From positions 20,150,001 to 20,214,000 of the forward strand of contig OX597831.1 of NCBI GenBank assembly GCA_951406725.2: 64,000 nucleotides of DNA, written 5' to 3'. This DNA is from Octopus vulgaris. Taxonomy: Eukaryota. Made by a program: the position numbers and the translations under genes. Below are positions 12,535 through 25,315 of this stretch, piece by piece; the first letter of the stretch is position 1; each line of letters starts with the position of its first letter. The notes under the pieces were generated by a model that was not told the DNA's origin, ran no database searches, and saw only the letters and a list, made by a program, of their open reading frames with translations.

Positions 12535-13216
12535 ATTTTGTTGATTGATTAGTTGGTAAGTTGACATGATGGCTGGCTGGCTGGTCAGTCGGTCGGTCGG
12601 CTGCTGGTTGGTTGGCTGTTGGTTGGTTGGTTGCCATAACAAAGCTCGGCAGTCGCCAAACAGCAGTACATTTCGTCAGCTAAATTTATTGGTTAAAATT
12701 ACCTAAATAAGACAATTTTAACATGAAATAACTTCTAAAATACGAAATTTTTCAAAAACGTTCAGAGTAAACCGTCTTCAATGTGAAAAATTCTACCAGT
12801 ATTCGAAATTTCAAACTGTTTAGTTAAAAAAAAATTAATAAAAAAATCTGTGGTTGAGATGGATGACTCTTCCATCGATCGCCCTTCCAATGTTAGTAAT
12901 AAATGAATCCCCAAGTACTACCGATATCCTCCGCAAAATAGAGATAACGGCGGTCATCGGAGAAGTGAGCCCTGCGATGTGCAGTGGATACTGCAGCGAG
13001 TATCACTGATCGTTCTCCGCGGAAACGCCACCGCGGCCATTACTGCAGGGCACGGCTGAACACACCACCTCCTCCATTTTTGCTGCTTTATCAACCCACA
13101 CCTTTTTCTTCTTTTCCATTTTCTTTCTTTTCATTCCTCATCTCTTTTCTTTCCTGTGTCTTTATATCTGTGTGAGTTTTTCGAATTTAACGCTTACTTC
13201 GAATAAACCTTTAGAC

Positions 13217-13346
13217 CAGTGGTTCCCAACCTGCGGTTCGCGGGCGCTTAGTGGTCCGTGAGCTAAATTCAAATTTTCATTAGTAAACGTGTTGGGAACC
13301 GCTGTGAAAAGATAGGGAACCACTGTTGAAAGATAGGGAACCGCTG
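13217..13346. mobile_element. hAT (Charlie-like) MITE with 8-bp TSD
   Basis: TIR CAGTGGTTCCC / GGGAACCGCTG. TSD CTTTAGAC at 13209-13216 and 13347-13354. The right end is triplicated. Confidence 0.9.
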
Positions 13347-14114
13347 CTTTAGACCCAACTCAAAACTGACACATATTTTCGGCTGATTTAATTAGCCACG
13401 TATATAACTGTTGTGTTCGATTTCTGATCGTAAAGATGTGAGTTCGATTTCTGGTGGCGTGTCGTGTCCTCGAACAAAACACTTTAATTCACGTTTTGCC
13501 TGTATTTTAAAGGGCCGGTCTTGTCACATTCTCTTCGCGTTCCAATTCAACCCTAAAAGGGTAGACCTATAACCAGAGACATTCCAACCGTAGCAATCCT
13601 GTCTCTTTTTGAGGTATATAGGTGCATGCGTAGTCGTGTGGTAAGAAGCTCGGATCCCGACCACATGGTTCCGGGTTCAGTTCCACTGCGCGTACGCGTG
13701 TCTATGGAGTACTCAGCCACTGGCACGTTGATTTCACGAGCAGGCTGTTCCGTTGATCGGATCAGCTGGAATCCTCGTCGTCGTAACCGACGGAGTACCA
13801 ATTATAACCAATATTCATTCGAACCAGTGTAGGTGTCTCCACTAGTCGCTTCGCTTGCTAAAAATAGCAGCTAATTTCTCTCAAATAACAACCTACCATT
13901 TGAAGAAAAAGGAAGGACATAGTGGGCAATGTAGTTTGAAAAAATGTCTGAAAGGACAAGATAGTCGTAGTTGGAATGCCGTGATCATACCACTGCTCTG
14001 CTCCTATCAGGTATAGCCTGGGGCTAAACAAACGCCGAGCGTTCGACCTGCAAAAGCAGGTCTGCCGTCTTAAAAAAGGTGGACACATTAAAACAATGTA
14101 TTCCTAGATATCCT

Positions 14115-14440
14115 TTACTTTTTATCGTTTAGTTATTTCAGTCATTAGACTGCGGCCATGCTGGGGCACCGCCTGGAAGAATTTTTAGTCGAATGAATCA
14201 ACCCCAGTATTTTTTTAAACCTTGTACTTATATATCGGTTTCTTTTTGCCGAACCACTAAGTTACGAGGACGTAAACAAACCTGCATGTGTGTGTGTGTA
14301 CGAAATCCACTCACAAGGCTTTAGTCGACTCGAAACTATAGTAGAAGACACTTGCCCAATGTGCCACGCAATGGAGCTGAACCCAGAACCATGTAGTTGG
14401 AATGCAAGCTTCTTACCACACAGCCACACATGCGCCTATA
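14115..14440 (-). mobile_element. SINE family 1, internally deleted
   Basis: 'ttcagtcattagactgcggccatgctggggcaccgcc' (3' tail, reverse complement) and 'cttaccacacagccac' (5' head, reverse complement). Confidence 0.8.
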
Positions 14441-15021
14441 TGCTTAAAAAGACAGGATTGCCACGGCTGGAATGTCTATGGTCATAAGTCTACCTTTTAG
14501 GGTTGAACTGGAACTAAACAACGCGAACAGCAATAATTGCTTCTAATACAGGGCCTCAAATTTGGAGGAGTATAGTCGAGACCATCGATCTAAGTATTTA
14601 AGTGGTATTTTATTTTATCGATCTCGAGAGGATGAATGGCTAAGTTGACCTTGGCAAGATTTGAAGAAAGAACATATAGCAGCATGAATGTTGTTAGTCT
14701 GGTCTGTGGTGGTGACTAGTTGAGATTATGAATGAAAATATGTTTCTTGGGCTGTGAATATTTAACAGAAGATTCATTATCGCAGATGAAGACAAACGGT
14801 GTCGGCTTTTTACCGATAACAACAGCAATAATTACATACTGGGAGAAAGATACTGCTTGGAGTTTACGGCAAGCTATCGATACAGTAACCTGCGGCTTGC
14901 GCAGCATAACTTTAAACGATTGTGCTAATTCGTGGCGACGGAGGTTCCTGTCATCGGTGTGCTGTCTGTCTCAGCCATCTTCCTTGGTTGTCTGGCTGGT
15001 AAAAATGCGCACCGAACGGGG

Positions 15022-15130
15022 TTTTTTTTATAGGAGACCGAAAGTCAAATTCTAGAATGTTCGAGAAAACCTGTCCACGCCATCTTTTCACGCTGGTTGG
15101 TTGGTTGGTTGGTTAATAAACCAATCACGC
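15022..15130 (-). promoter_or_regulatory. Candidate heat-shock promoter: TATA box, 4-unit HSE, YY1-like and CCAAT motifs
   Basis: aTTCtaGAAtgTTCgaGAAa at 15049-15068 (four alternating nGAAn units). Minus-strand TATAAAAAAAA at 15032-15022, 16 bp away. CGCCATCTT at ~15078 and AACCAATCA at ~15119. CpG-retaining unique sequence. Confidence 0.7.
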
Positions 15131-15793
15131 GAAACAATGGTGGTTTACTCGTGATGTCTGACCGCCTATCCGGAGATTCGGTTTCGTATCCTCGCTACAA
15201 ACACTTTATTCGACTCTTTAATGATTCTCAAACCACAGCCACCACTTAATTAAAAATAGGTTTTTTTTTTTGTTTTTATTTAAGAACATAATGCTAAAAG
15301 CTCGCAAGGAAAATGCTGAAATGACGATATGTGGTATTTCTTCCGACGCTCTAAACATTCAGCCAACTGTCTTGTATTGTAACTTGTATTGATTTCATCC
15401 ATCCATTGGAAAGGATAGGAAATAAAATCGAGAGGGTTAATGTCAGAGATAGATTTAGGGTTAAATTTAGGACTATACTGTCATATACATTTAAGCTGAT
15501 CCTCTAACACGGTGTTTCTTACTAAAACAGAAGACCGAGAGTTTTGAAAAAGGTGGTCTAGACAAGTAACTATCTTTTATCTTTTACTTGGTTCAGTCAT
15601 TGAACTGCGGCCATGCTGAGATATCAACTTGAAAGGTTTAGTAGAATGAATTTACTCAAGTACTTATTTTTTTAAAGTCTGGTGCCTACTCTATCAGTCT
15701 CTTGTGCTGACCCGCTACGTTACGGGTTGTAAACATACACTGTTTGTCAAGCGGTAGCGAAGGAAGAACCCCACTCACAAAAACACAAACACA

Positions 15794-15862
<69 letters not shown>

Positions 15863-15921
15863 TGATAGATCGCTAGCCACTTCACATTCTTTATTTTCTC
15901 TCCTTGTTTCTTTCTGTGTTC

Positions 15922-15957
15922 CTTTCTGTGGAAGAGCGTAGGCTCGAAACGTTAAAG
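15922..15957 (+). ncRNA. Degenerate minimal hammerhead motif (Penelope-like terminal fragment)
   Basis: cttt-CTGTGGA-a-gagc(gtag)gctc-GAAA-cgtt-aaag, related to the 23496 motif. Confidence 0.5.
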
Positions 15958-16058
15958 ACTTTTTCACTTCCCAAGCGTTAAACTGATACATCTGTTTGTT
16001 GTCTGCACCACTTCTCTTCGACTTTTGTTTTGTTTTTTTTTTTTGTGAATTCTCCCTA

Positions 16059-16094
<36 letters not shown>

Positions 16095-16255
16095 TGTACG
16101 TATATGTATATATATAATTCATCTATATTTAACGCTATTGCGCCTGCGATCCACTTGTGTCACTGCTGCTGATATCATCAATCTTAAAATTTATCCACAA
16201 ATGATATGAACAGTAGTGCCATCTGATTTCAAATCTCGGTGTTTGAATGTTTTGC

Positions 16256-16297
<42 letters not shown>

Positions 16298-16301
<4 letters not shown>

Positions 16302-16465
16302 GACGAGTTCCTTTCAGTTTACGTTTACTAAACCCACTCACACACTAAACTTTGCTCGGGGGCCACAACAGAAGATACTTGCCCGATGTTCCACGCAGTG
16401 GGACTGAAGTTGCAGCCATACAGTTGGAAAACAAGCATCTTACCACACAGTCACGCCTGTACCTA
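16298..16465 (-). mobile_element. SINE family 1, 5' half
   Basis: 'ctttcagttt...ccacgcagtgggactgaa...cttaccacacag' is the reverse complement of the family-1 head. Confidence 0.75.
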
Positions 16466-16569
16466 TGTTATATAAGAATAAGATAGTTGATTAGATGGCT
16501 GGTTTGCTGGTTATTGTGAAGATTACAGCAGACGATCTACTGACTTTGCCATCTATCGCTCTTCCAGTA

Positions 16570-16768
16570 CTCTTTACTCTTTTACTTGTTTCAGTCATTT
16601 GACTGCGGCCATGCTGGAGCACCGCCTTTTAGTCGACAAATCGAACACCAGGACTTATTCTTTGGAAGCCTAGTACTTATTCTATCGGTCTCTTTTGCCG
16701 AACCGCTAGGTTACGGAGACGTAAACACACCAGCATCGGTTATCAAGCGATGTTGGGGGACAAACACA

Positions 16769-16834
<66 letters not shown>

Positions 16835-16998
16835 CGACGGGCTTCTTTCAGTTTCCGTCTACCAAATCCACTCACAAGGCCTTGGTTGGCCCGAGGCTAT
16901 AGTAAAAGACACTTGCCCAAGGTGCCATGCAGTGGGACTGAATGTAAAACCATGTGGTTTGTAAGCAAGCTACTTACCACACAGTCACTCCTGCGCCT
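16570..16998 (-). mobile_element. SINE family 1, full length
   Basis: Reverse complement of the 36641-37027 copy over its whole length, with central (CA)n(TA)n and a short (AAAGAGT)-type tail. Confidence 0.9.
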
Positions 16999-17008
16999 TA
17001 TATTAACG

Positions 17009-17056
17009 TTCCCATGCTGGGAATCGAACCCAGACCGCCTGGGTGAAAGCCAGTGT
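17009..17056 (-). pseudogene. tRNA-Glu(TTC) 3' fragment (anticodon arm, T arm, acceptor 3' strand)
   Basis: Reverse complement 'ctggctTTCacccaggcggtctgggttcgattcccagcatgggaa'. The D arm and 5' acceptor strand are missing. Confidence 0.7.
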
Positions 17057-17969
17057 CCACAATAAATGAATAACGAACACGAGGCTACAAATTTGCAACG
17101 AAGAAAACCGTATTATATGGAGGCAAATTTTAATTTTGTTTTCTCATCAATTAAGAGATGGTACCGAAAACAAAATGCTCTGTGGTATTTCTTCTGGAAA
17201 TCCTCTTTGTCTTTCATTCTTCCGGAATCGATAAAGTACTTATCTAGTACTGGATTGATCGCATCCACTTACACTTTCCTCCTTGTATCTGAACACAAGG
17301 CCATCAGAAACCACTGCTGAACAGAAAGAAGGAGCAGAAAATTTTCACAATTTTTTTTTTTTGTGATTTCTTTTGTTTAGCTTTTCATGGTAGAACGGAA
17401 CTGGCGGTGTCTAAGAGCCACTGCTAAGACGTCTTAGTTCTTTGTTACAACTTAGTTCTGACAAACCTCACTCAAATTTTCATAAATTTGATGTTGGAAT
17501 CCGTCAGCGAGTCCATAGAACATGCAAATCCGTGATTTAAATAGAGGCAGCGACTAGAAGAATGAAAGAACGAAAGAGAGAAATGGAGGAGGAGGAGGAG
17601 GAGGAGGAGGAGTAAGAGGAAGATGTAATGGTAATGAGAGATGGTAAGAGAGTGAGAGAGACGGGGAGAGAGAGATGGAGGAACATAGCTGTTGGCCTTA
17701 AAAGGTAATCTGCTCGACGGAGTTATTCATCCTTCAATGTTTATGCGAGTTGTTCCATTTTCTTTGGATCCTAAGTTGTCCGTTTCAACGCTCTTTGTTT
17801 CTTTTCCTTCATCGCCCTGCCTCTCTTTTTCACTCTCTTCAATTACACACTCTCTCTTTCCCTCTCAAAATATTTGTCTGTCTAGCTGTCCATTCCTTAC
17901 TCTTCGTTTCTCCCTTCCCAACTTCCTCTCTCGCCTGCCTGTCTGGCAAATCTCGCTGGAAATTAATGA

Positions 17970-18014
<45 letters not shown>

Positions 18015-18038
18015 CATATATACATATACACATACATA

Positions 18039-18086
<48 letters not shown>

Positions 18087-18148
18087 TAAATATATATACA
18101 TACATACCTACATATATATATATATACATACATACCTATATATATATG

Positions 18149-18230
<82 letters not shown>

Positions 18231-18392
18231 ATATATTACATACATAAAATTCATATATATGTAACATGTACATACATGCATATATTACATTCGCACACAC
18301 ATACAGAAACACACAGGCACATCCAAATATACATACATGTATATACACTCATGCCTCGATTAGCGCTGCCTCATTTCAAACTTATTCCCTCT

Positions 18393-18432
<40 letters not shown>

Positions 18433-18889
18433 CCTCCCCTCTCTCTCTCGCTCCCCCTCTCTCTCCTTCGCTCCCTCTCTCTCTCTTAGAGTGATGGTGG
18501 TGGGGGTACAACATTGTCAGTGGGATAACACTATATTATAATAATAACTGACAGGCTGCATGGAAATTCCTTGTTTATAAATATTCTAACTTTAATTTTC
18601 ATCCATAAATTTGTGTTCATAAAAAACATCTTCACAAAATAGTTTCATTACATATCAAAAGATTTTTTTATGATAAAGAGTTCGACCTGAGATTACTAGA
18701 TGGAGAAAAATATCTTGTGTTCATTCAAGAGCACCACCAAATCGTCTCTGGTATTGCTTCCTTCTTTAAACCTTTCTCAAATTATGCAGGTGTTCTTCGT
18801 TCATGCTTTCACGTCGGGTCCCGGTTTTTTTTTACGAAGTTCTTCCTGATATTCTGTCTGTATCCCCTTTGTCAATCTTTCTCTCTGTT

Positions 18890-18938
<49 letters not shown>

Positions 18939-18939
18939 T

Positions 18940-19226
18940 TTGCAGCGTGGAAGGTGTTTATACGCCATTTAAAAACACACAAAAACCGTTTGATTCACTT
19001 CAGACATTTAAATTTAATTTGCCAAAATATTTTCGTCTCTTTGAGTCAATGAACAGGTTGCGGCCTCGAAGCGATGAAAGTATTTTGGCAAATTAAATTT
19101 AGATGCTGAAGTGAATCTAACGGTTTTTGTGTTTTTAAATGACTTATAAACACCTTCCACGCTGCAAAAATTTTCGTTCCAGCACACGATCTCAGACCAG
19201 GTCACTTGCTATGCAAGTACACCTCC
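18940..19226. mobile_element. Foldback element (probably Penelope-like), same family as 53473-53737
   Basis: About 100-bp inverted arms (tgcagcgtggaaggtgttt ... aaacaccttccacgctgca) followed by the shared tail 'cagcacacgatctcaga...tcacttgctatgcaagtaca'. Flanked by (CA)n/(TA)n. Confidence 0.7.
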
Positions 19227-19236
19227 GTAGTACAAA

Positions 19237-19317
<81 letters not shown>

Positions 19318-19324
19318 TATATAT

Positions 19325-19371
<47 letters not shown>

Positions 19372-19629
19372 CATGTAAGTATGTATGTATGCTAGATGTT
19401 CAAGAACCAAATGAAAGGCAGATTTTCAATCCCGAGACCATCCTGATTCTAAAAAAGATATAATATGTTTATGAAGAACAAATGTAGACACAGAGTCAGG
19501 GGCCCCAGACGGACGGACAGGACTTCGCGTTTATTAATATAGATTTCTACCATGTAATGAGTATTCTTTTTCTGACATTTAACACTAAACACTGACAACC
19601 TGACAACAACTGAACATGACATCCAATCA

Positions 19630-21560
19630 GTTTATCATAATGAGAAAAGCCAAGGAGCATCTTCAGAAGATGCTCTTTGCCAAGAAGAATATAATTCGGA
19701 AATATTAGAAGCTAACAGAAGTTACCTTGACAGATCCAGTGTTATAACTAACTGACACAGAATCTATATTTCGGATCAAGATGTATACGCAGGCACCCAG
19801 GCATCCAAGGATTCCCTTCAGTTTCTTATGAATATCATCAAGTTTGGTAGTTACTCTTCCCAAACTTTATTTAATGAAGATGAAACAAAACTTTTGTGAG
19901 TAAATGTACAGCATCCGGTACTTTTATCTTTCGAAAGGAAAAAAATTCTTTGGGGTTCAAGATCAGACATGTTCGTTTAACACTTAATACCTGGTGGTTA
20001 TTCCTCTGAAGGCTTCAAACTGAAAGTGAAGTTCGTTTATTATTCAGAAACTCTATGACCAATGAGTGAAATATGCCATGTGCTTCTACTTGTGGTTTGG
20101 AAATCAAAGAAAAACTGCTTAGATTATAATAAAAATTCTCACTTCATGATTTTGTTTCGTATTTTTGTCCCGCAGAGAAAAGATATCACAAAGATCATAA
20201 CCTTGAAACTAAGGCATTGTTGTTGATTCATAATGCTCCACCCGACCACAAGAATCTCGGCACGTTTCAGATCTGTATTCTTGTCGAAGTAGTTTTCCTA
20301 AAACTTAACACCACTTCCGTTATCCAACCTCTGGATCAGAATCTAATTTCTAATATGAAGGCCTACTATTTTCATCGCTCTATCGAACAACTTGTTGAAG
20401 AAACAGAAGGCCAAGATAAACAATCTTTCTAGGACATTTTGAAAAACTGCGAGCCCTGAAGACCATCGATATCGAAACAGTCTGGGTCGAAGTAATCTAG
20501 AACCGCGTTTCAAGGCATATTTGTTTCTATTTTAATACTAAGGGAAGTAACTCTGAGTGATTAGGATGGCGTTGACTTTCACTGCTACCATGACAACCAT
20601 CTATAGCATTCTGATTTCTTTATCAAATGTGTCGCTTATTTATTCAAAGTGCTTTGAATTAATGGCACATTATTTTGTAGCTTCAAACTTTCAATGGTGC
20701 TTTTGTATATTTTTAGAACGACATAAGAGGGTAGGCATGAAATTTTGAAGCTGGTCAGTTTGAACATAAAACGGAGAATATTTGGGCCGGATATGGCCGG
20801 ATTAAATGCTAAAGGGTTAAGCATAAGCTTGGAAGCTGAATCGTCGGAGAGGAGTTACAACTAGCTGAAATGTGCAGGCGGTTAAATGCACAAGTCTCTG
20901 ATATCCAACTGGTTGAAAAGCAGAAGGGCACCCAGGAGTCATGACCTGGATGCGGCCCGGCTCCCTTAGAGTGTAAGAAGTCAAGGACTGAAACACTTAC
21001 CTGAAGACCTTCTGCTGTTCAGCTCTCTTGAGAGTTTCTTACTACAAGAAGAAGATATGGAGAGAAGCCTGCAATGACTTGCTGGGATTTTACGAAAATA
21101 TAGAGCAGGCAGAAAGCAATGACATCGTTAAGTTGGCCAATGAAGGGGAAATGCAAAATGTCAATGGGGAAGATTTGTCGGAGTCGATGTATGAGTTCAG
21201 AATTTATCTGTAGAAGAACTGCAGGATTTAGCACAGCAACACATCCAAAATAAGCCTGGAGAAACTGCAGCTTGGCCTGTGACACAACACACACAAAATA
21301 TTGCGAATTAATTACTTAATAACAGTAACCCCATGATTACAGAAATACTGGATTAGTTTACTGAGAATGATAACCCGCACTGATGGAGCAGCAAAGCTAA
21401 GAGAGACGCCCTGAGCAGGGCATGATATTCTGTTAATTAAGTTCATTCATAGGAGAAGGATTAAGAAAATGCAGATAACATAAGATGAATTCTTGGAAAT
21501 ATACTTGGAAGCTTCAAAGGCCTGAACACTCGGCCCAGATAAAGGGCCTTTCCAATTTCA
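19630..21560 (+). mobile_element. Highly degenerate pogo/Tigger-like transposase relic
   Basis: 'FNEDETKLL', 'RLTL', 'KALLLIHNAP', 'LNTTSVIQPLDQNLISNMKAYY' (DDE_1 motifs). Many stops and an insertion near 20530-20820. Boundaries approximate. Confidence 0.7.
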
Positions 21561-21920
21561 CACTGCAGCTTTTCTCCTGATATAACCGTGTAAACACTTA
21601 TGTACTCGTGATTAAAAATGGTTAGTTAACAAGTTTAGTAAATTTATGAAAACTCTGGACCTTGTTTTCTCATTTCTTCATAATTTTTAGATCACAGTTT
21701 GTAACATCACGTTTTGTGAGGTTATCTAAAGTTATTAAGTGCTTGGATAGTGCGATAACGAGTCTGCAGATTTTTTTCAGTCGTTAGGTGATGTTATTTA
21801 TCGCCTTTATTTATGTTCGTATCACTGTTAGCCCGTATTTCTAGTTATACTATGTTATAATAACGCTGTTTAGCACTACGTCTTTGGAAATGTAATTAGA
21901 GCAGTAACCTAGATATTGTG

Positions 21921-21987
<67 letters not shown>

Positions 21988-21994
21988 GCACCAG

Positions 21995-22940
21995 TGAAAA
22001 GCATCGCAAGGCGTCAGGTCAGGTGAACATGGCGGCCGGTTCAACAGCACATTGTTTTTTATCATCAGCACGCCCGATCTATCTCCCTAGCAATTTCTCA
22101 TGGGGGGATAAACCTGCACAGTGAGCTAGCAGTGAGGTGGAACCCTAAAATATTGAAAAAGTGGGTGATGATATTCATTTTCAATGAGCTAATCATTTAG
22201 TCAGTTCTAAAGCATATGCAGATAAATATAGCTGATCACATATCCCTCAAAGAAAAACGAACCGTGAAGAGGATTTTGAGATGGCACAGATCCCATTAAC
22301 TTTTAGTGAGTCTCTCATTTGCTCAACTGCGACATGAGGATTTTTTTTTACCTAGAATGCGAACATTAAGCATGTTGATTTTGCTGCTCATATAAAATGG
22401 GGCCTCATCGCTGAAAACATGAGGTTCTTCAAATTTGTCGTCCTCAAGTTCCAGCTGCATAACGGCACAGGACTGTTTGCGCTTCTGCTTGTCACCTGTC
22501 TTTAAGACCTGAACGAGCTGCAGCTTGGAGGATGTCATTTGCAGGCATTTCCTTGCGACACGCCAAAACAGTTTTGAAGGTATTTGGGTTTCAATACTTA
22601 CTCTTTTATGTACTCCCTGTGGTTTCGCAAAAATTTTTCCCGAATCCTCTCAACCATCTCTTCGGATACTGGTAGTCGTGCAAATCATTTTGCCCAGCAC
22701 AGACAGTCTTCCTGTTTGAAATTTTGTACCAAGTCCCAATCTGCATTGCAACTTGTGCAGTTTTTAGTGAATTCTTTCACAAATGCACGCTGCAGAGTTT
22801 TGCCCGACTGTGTTCAAGCATATTTTAACACCGAAAACGTCGTTCCTTTTCCAGTTAATGGCATTTCTATACCTGAAAAGCAAAATATAAAATCTCAAAA
22901 CATTCAACATAGAATTTTGAGTTATTTCTACACACGGTGT
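21995..22940 (-). mobile_element. Degenerate Tc1/mariner-superfamily transposase fragments
   Basis: 'VFSDEAPFYMSSKINMLNVRILG' (22323-22538) and 'RPPCSPDLTPCD' (~22000-22045). May be two different elements. Confidence 0.65.
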
Positions 22941-23495
22941 TAAACTTTGAGATCATTTGAACGAGAATTGGTCAAGTAATCAGATTACAAAATGAGGTCA
23001 ATTTTTCTGATACACACTTTATAACAAACATGCATTAAGTAAACCTTTAGTTTAATGTAAATATTTTTTTTGTAACTTGACACACAATCAAACACCCTTA
23101 TTTTTAGTTGTAAAAACATTATTACCTTTGTACGGTATTTTTTCCCATGCTGGCCACTTAATAATATCGATATTTAAATATCGATATTATCCTTAATTAT
23201 AAATTTATATATACAGACATATATATATATATCCATATATGTAATTATATATATATATATATATATATATTTCCACACAAGAGAAACTTGTGTATAATTA
23301 TATACTTGTGTTTAAGTGTACACTATTTTATATTGAGAATATGTTGTCTATTGACTTTTTATACATGCTAGGCCACTTGTGGTGAAATTTCTAAAAATAT
23401 TTACAACCCTATAAAGTTTACGTATATGACCTCGTGTGTACCGTTGGCGATTTTTTTCCTCTGTCATCTCTTCTCTGGATCTTTCCTTCTCATAT

Positions 23496-23530
23496 GTTTC
23501 CGACGAAGAGCTGCGCTCGAAACGTTAAAC
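23496..23530 (+). ncRNA. Degenerate minimal hammerhead motif in a Penelope-like terminal fragment (~23290-23628)
   Basis: gttt-CCGACGA-a-gagc(tgc)gctc-GAAA-cgtt-aaac. The fragment is bounded by (TA)n on both sides. Confidence 0.55.
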
Positions 23531-23656
23531 CCTCCTTCTTTCCCTCTTTCTTGAGTGTCCAATAATACTATATTCGTTCCACGTCCTCGCGTTGTTGTGA
23601 TTTTTTTGTGCTTTCTTGTTTGGATTAACTATATATATATATATATATATGCATGA

Positions 23657-23706
<50 letters not shown>

Positions 23707-24194
23707 GTATGTATATATATAACATTGCATATATATATATATATATATATAGGGCAGCGGACTCGCGGTTTTAGGATCGCGGTTTCGATTTCCAGACCGG
23801 GCGTTGTGAGCGAAAACACCTAAAGCTCCACGAGGCTCCGGCAGGGGGTGGTGGCGATCTCTGCTGTACTCTTTCGCCACAACTTTCTCTCACTCTTTCT
23901 TCTGGTGGCCTGGTCGGTCACGGTGATATATATATATATATATTTGCATTAATATATGTGTGTGTGTGTGTGTGTGTGTTTGTGTGCACATGCACTCCAG
24001 TATATACATACACATGTTTATTCCATAACATACATTTGAGTGCATACATATATACTTATTATGTATATATTCATACAAACATATTTACACGTTTACACAC
24101 ATGAATGCATATATGAAAACATATATATATGTGCATGTGTGTGTGTGTTCGCGTGTGTGAGTATGCATATATATTTATATATATATATATATAA

Positions 24195-24650
24195 ATAATA
24201 ATAAATAATAATAAATATTAGGGAATAAATCCAAATTTACAAGGAAAAATCAGATTTAAGATTGAATCCAATTTTATAATAAAATATTATGTTATAATAA
24301 ATTAGAGACAAAACCACTATTATGCAAATCAAACAAAGAAAGACTTAAGCCAATACATAAAATATAAAATAATTTATATAAATTAAAATTTAACAAATGA
24401 ATAACCACTACGATCGTTTCGTGTCAGCACATCTTAGACATTCTTTAGGTGGTTTCTAAACCTTCTTAGCGAGTTATAAACTTCATAGTTTATAACTCGC
24501 TAAGAAGGTTTAGAAACCACCTGAAGAATGTCTAAGATGTGCTGACACGAAACGATCGTAGTGGTTATTCATTTGTTAAATTTTAATTTATATAAATTAT
24601 TTTATATTTTATGTATTGGCTTAAGTCTTTCTTTGTTTGATTTGCGTAAT
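24195..24650. mobile_element. Penelope-like foldback element with a 332-bp near-perfect palindrome
   Basis: Arms 24319-24482 and 24487-24650 around a 4-nt loop. Each arm carries a hammerhead motif. The outer part is homologous to 44520-44690. Confidence 0.8.
24515..24566 (+). ncRNA. Type I minimal hammerhead ribozyme, intact core
   Basis: aaccac-CTGAAGA-atgtc(taagatgtgct)gacac-GAAA-cgatcg-TA-gtggtt. 6-bp stem I, stem II, palindromic stem III, GUA cleavage triplet. Confidence 0.8.
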
Positions 24651-24652
24651 TT

Positions 24653-25315
<663 letters not shown>

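Noticed and set aside
14732-15055. 107-aa plus-strand ORF across the promoter region
   Set aside because: It has no recognisable domain and overlaps the TATA/HSE in the opposite sense, so it is probably a chance ORF.
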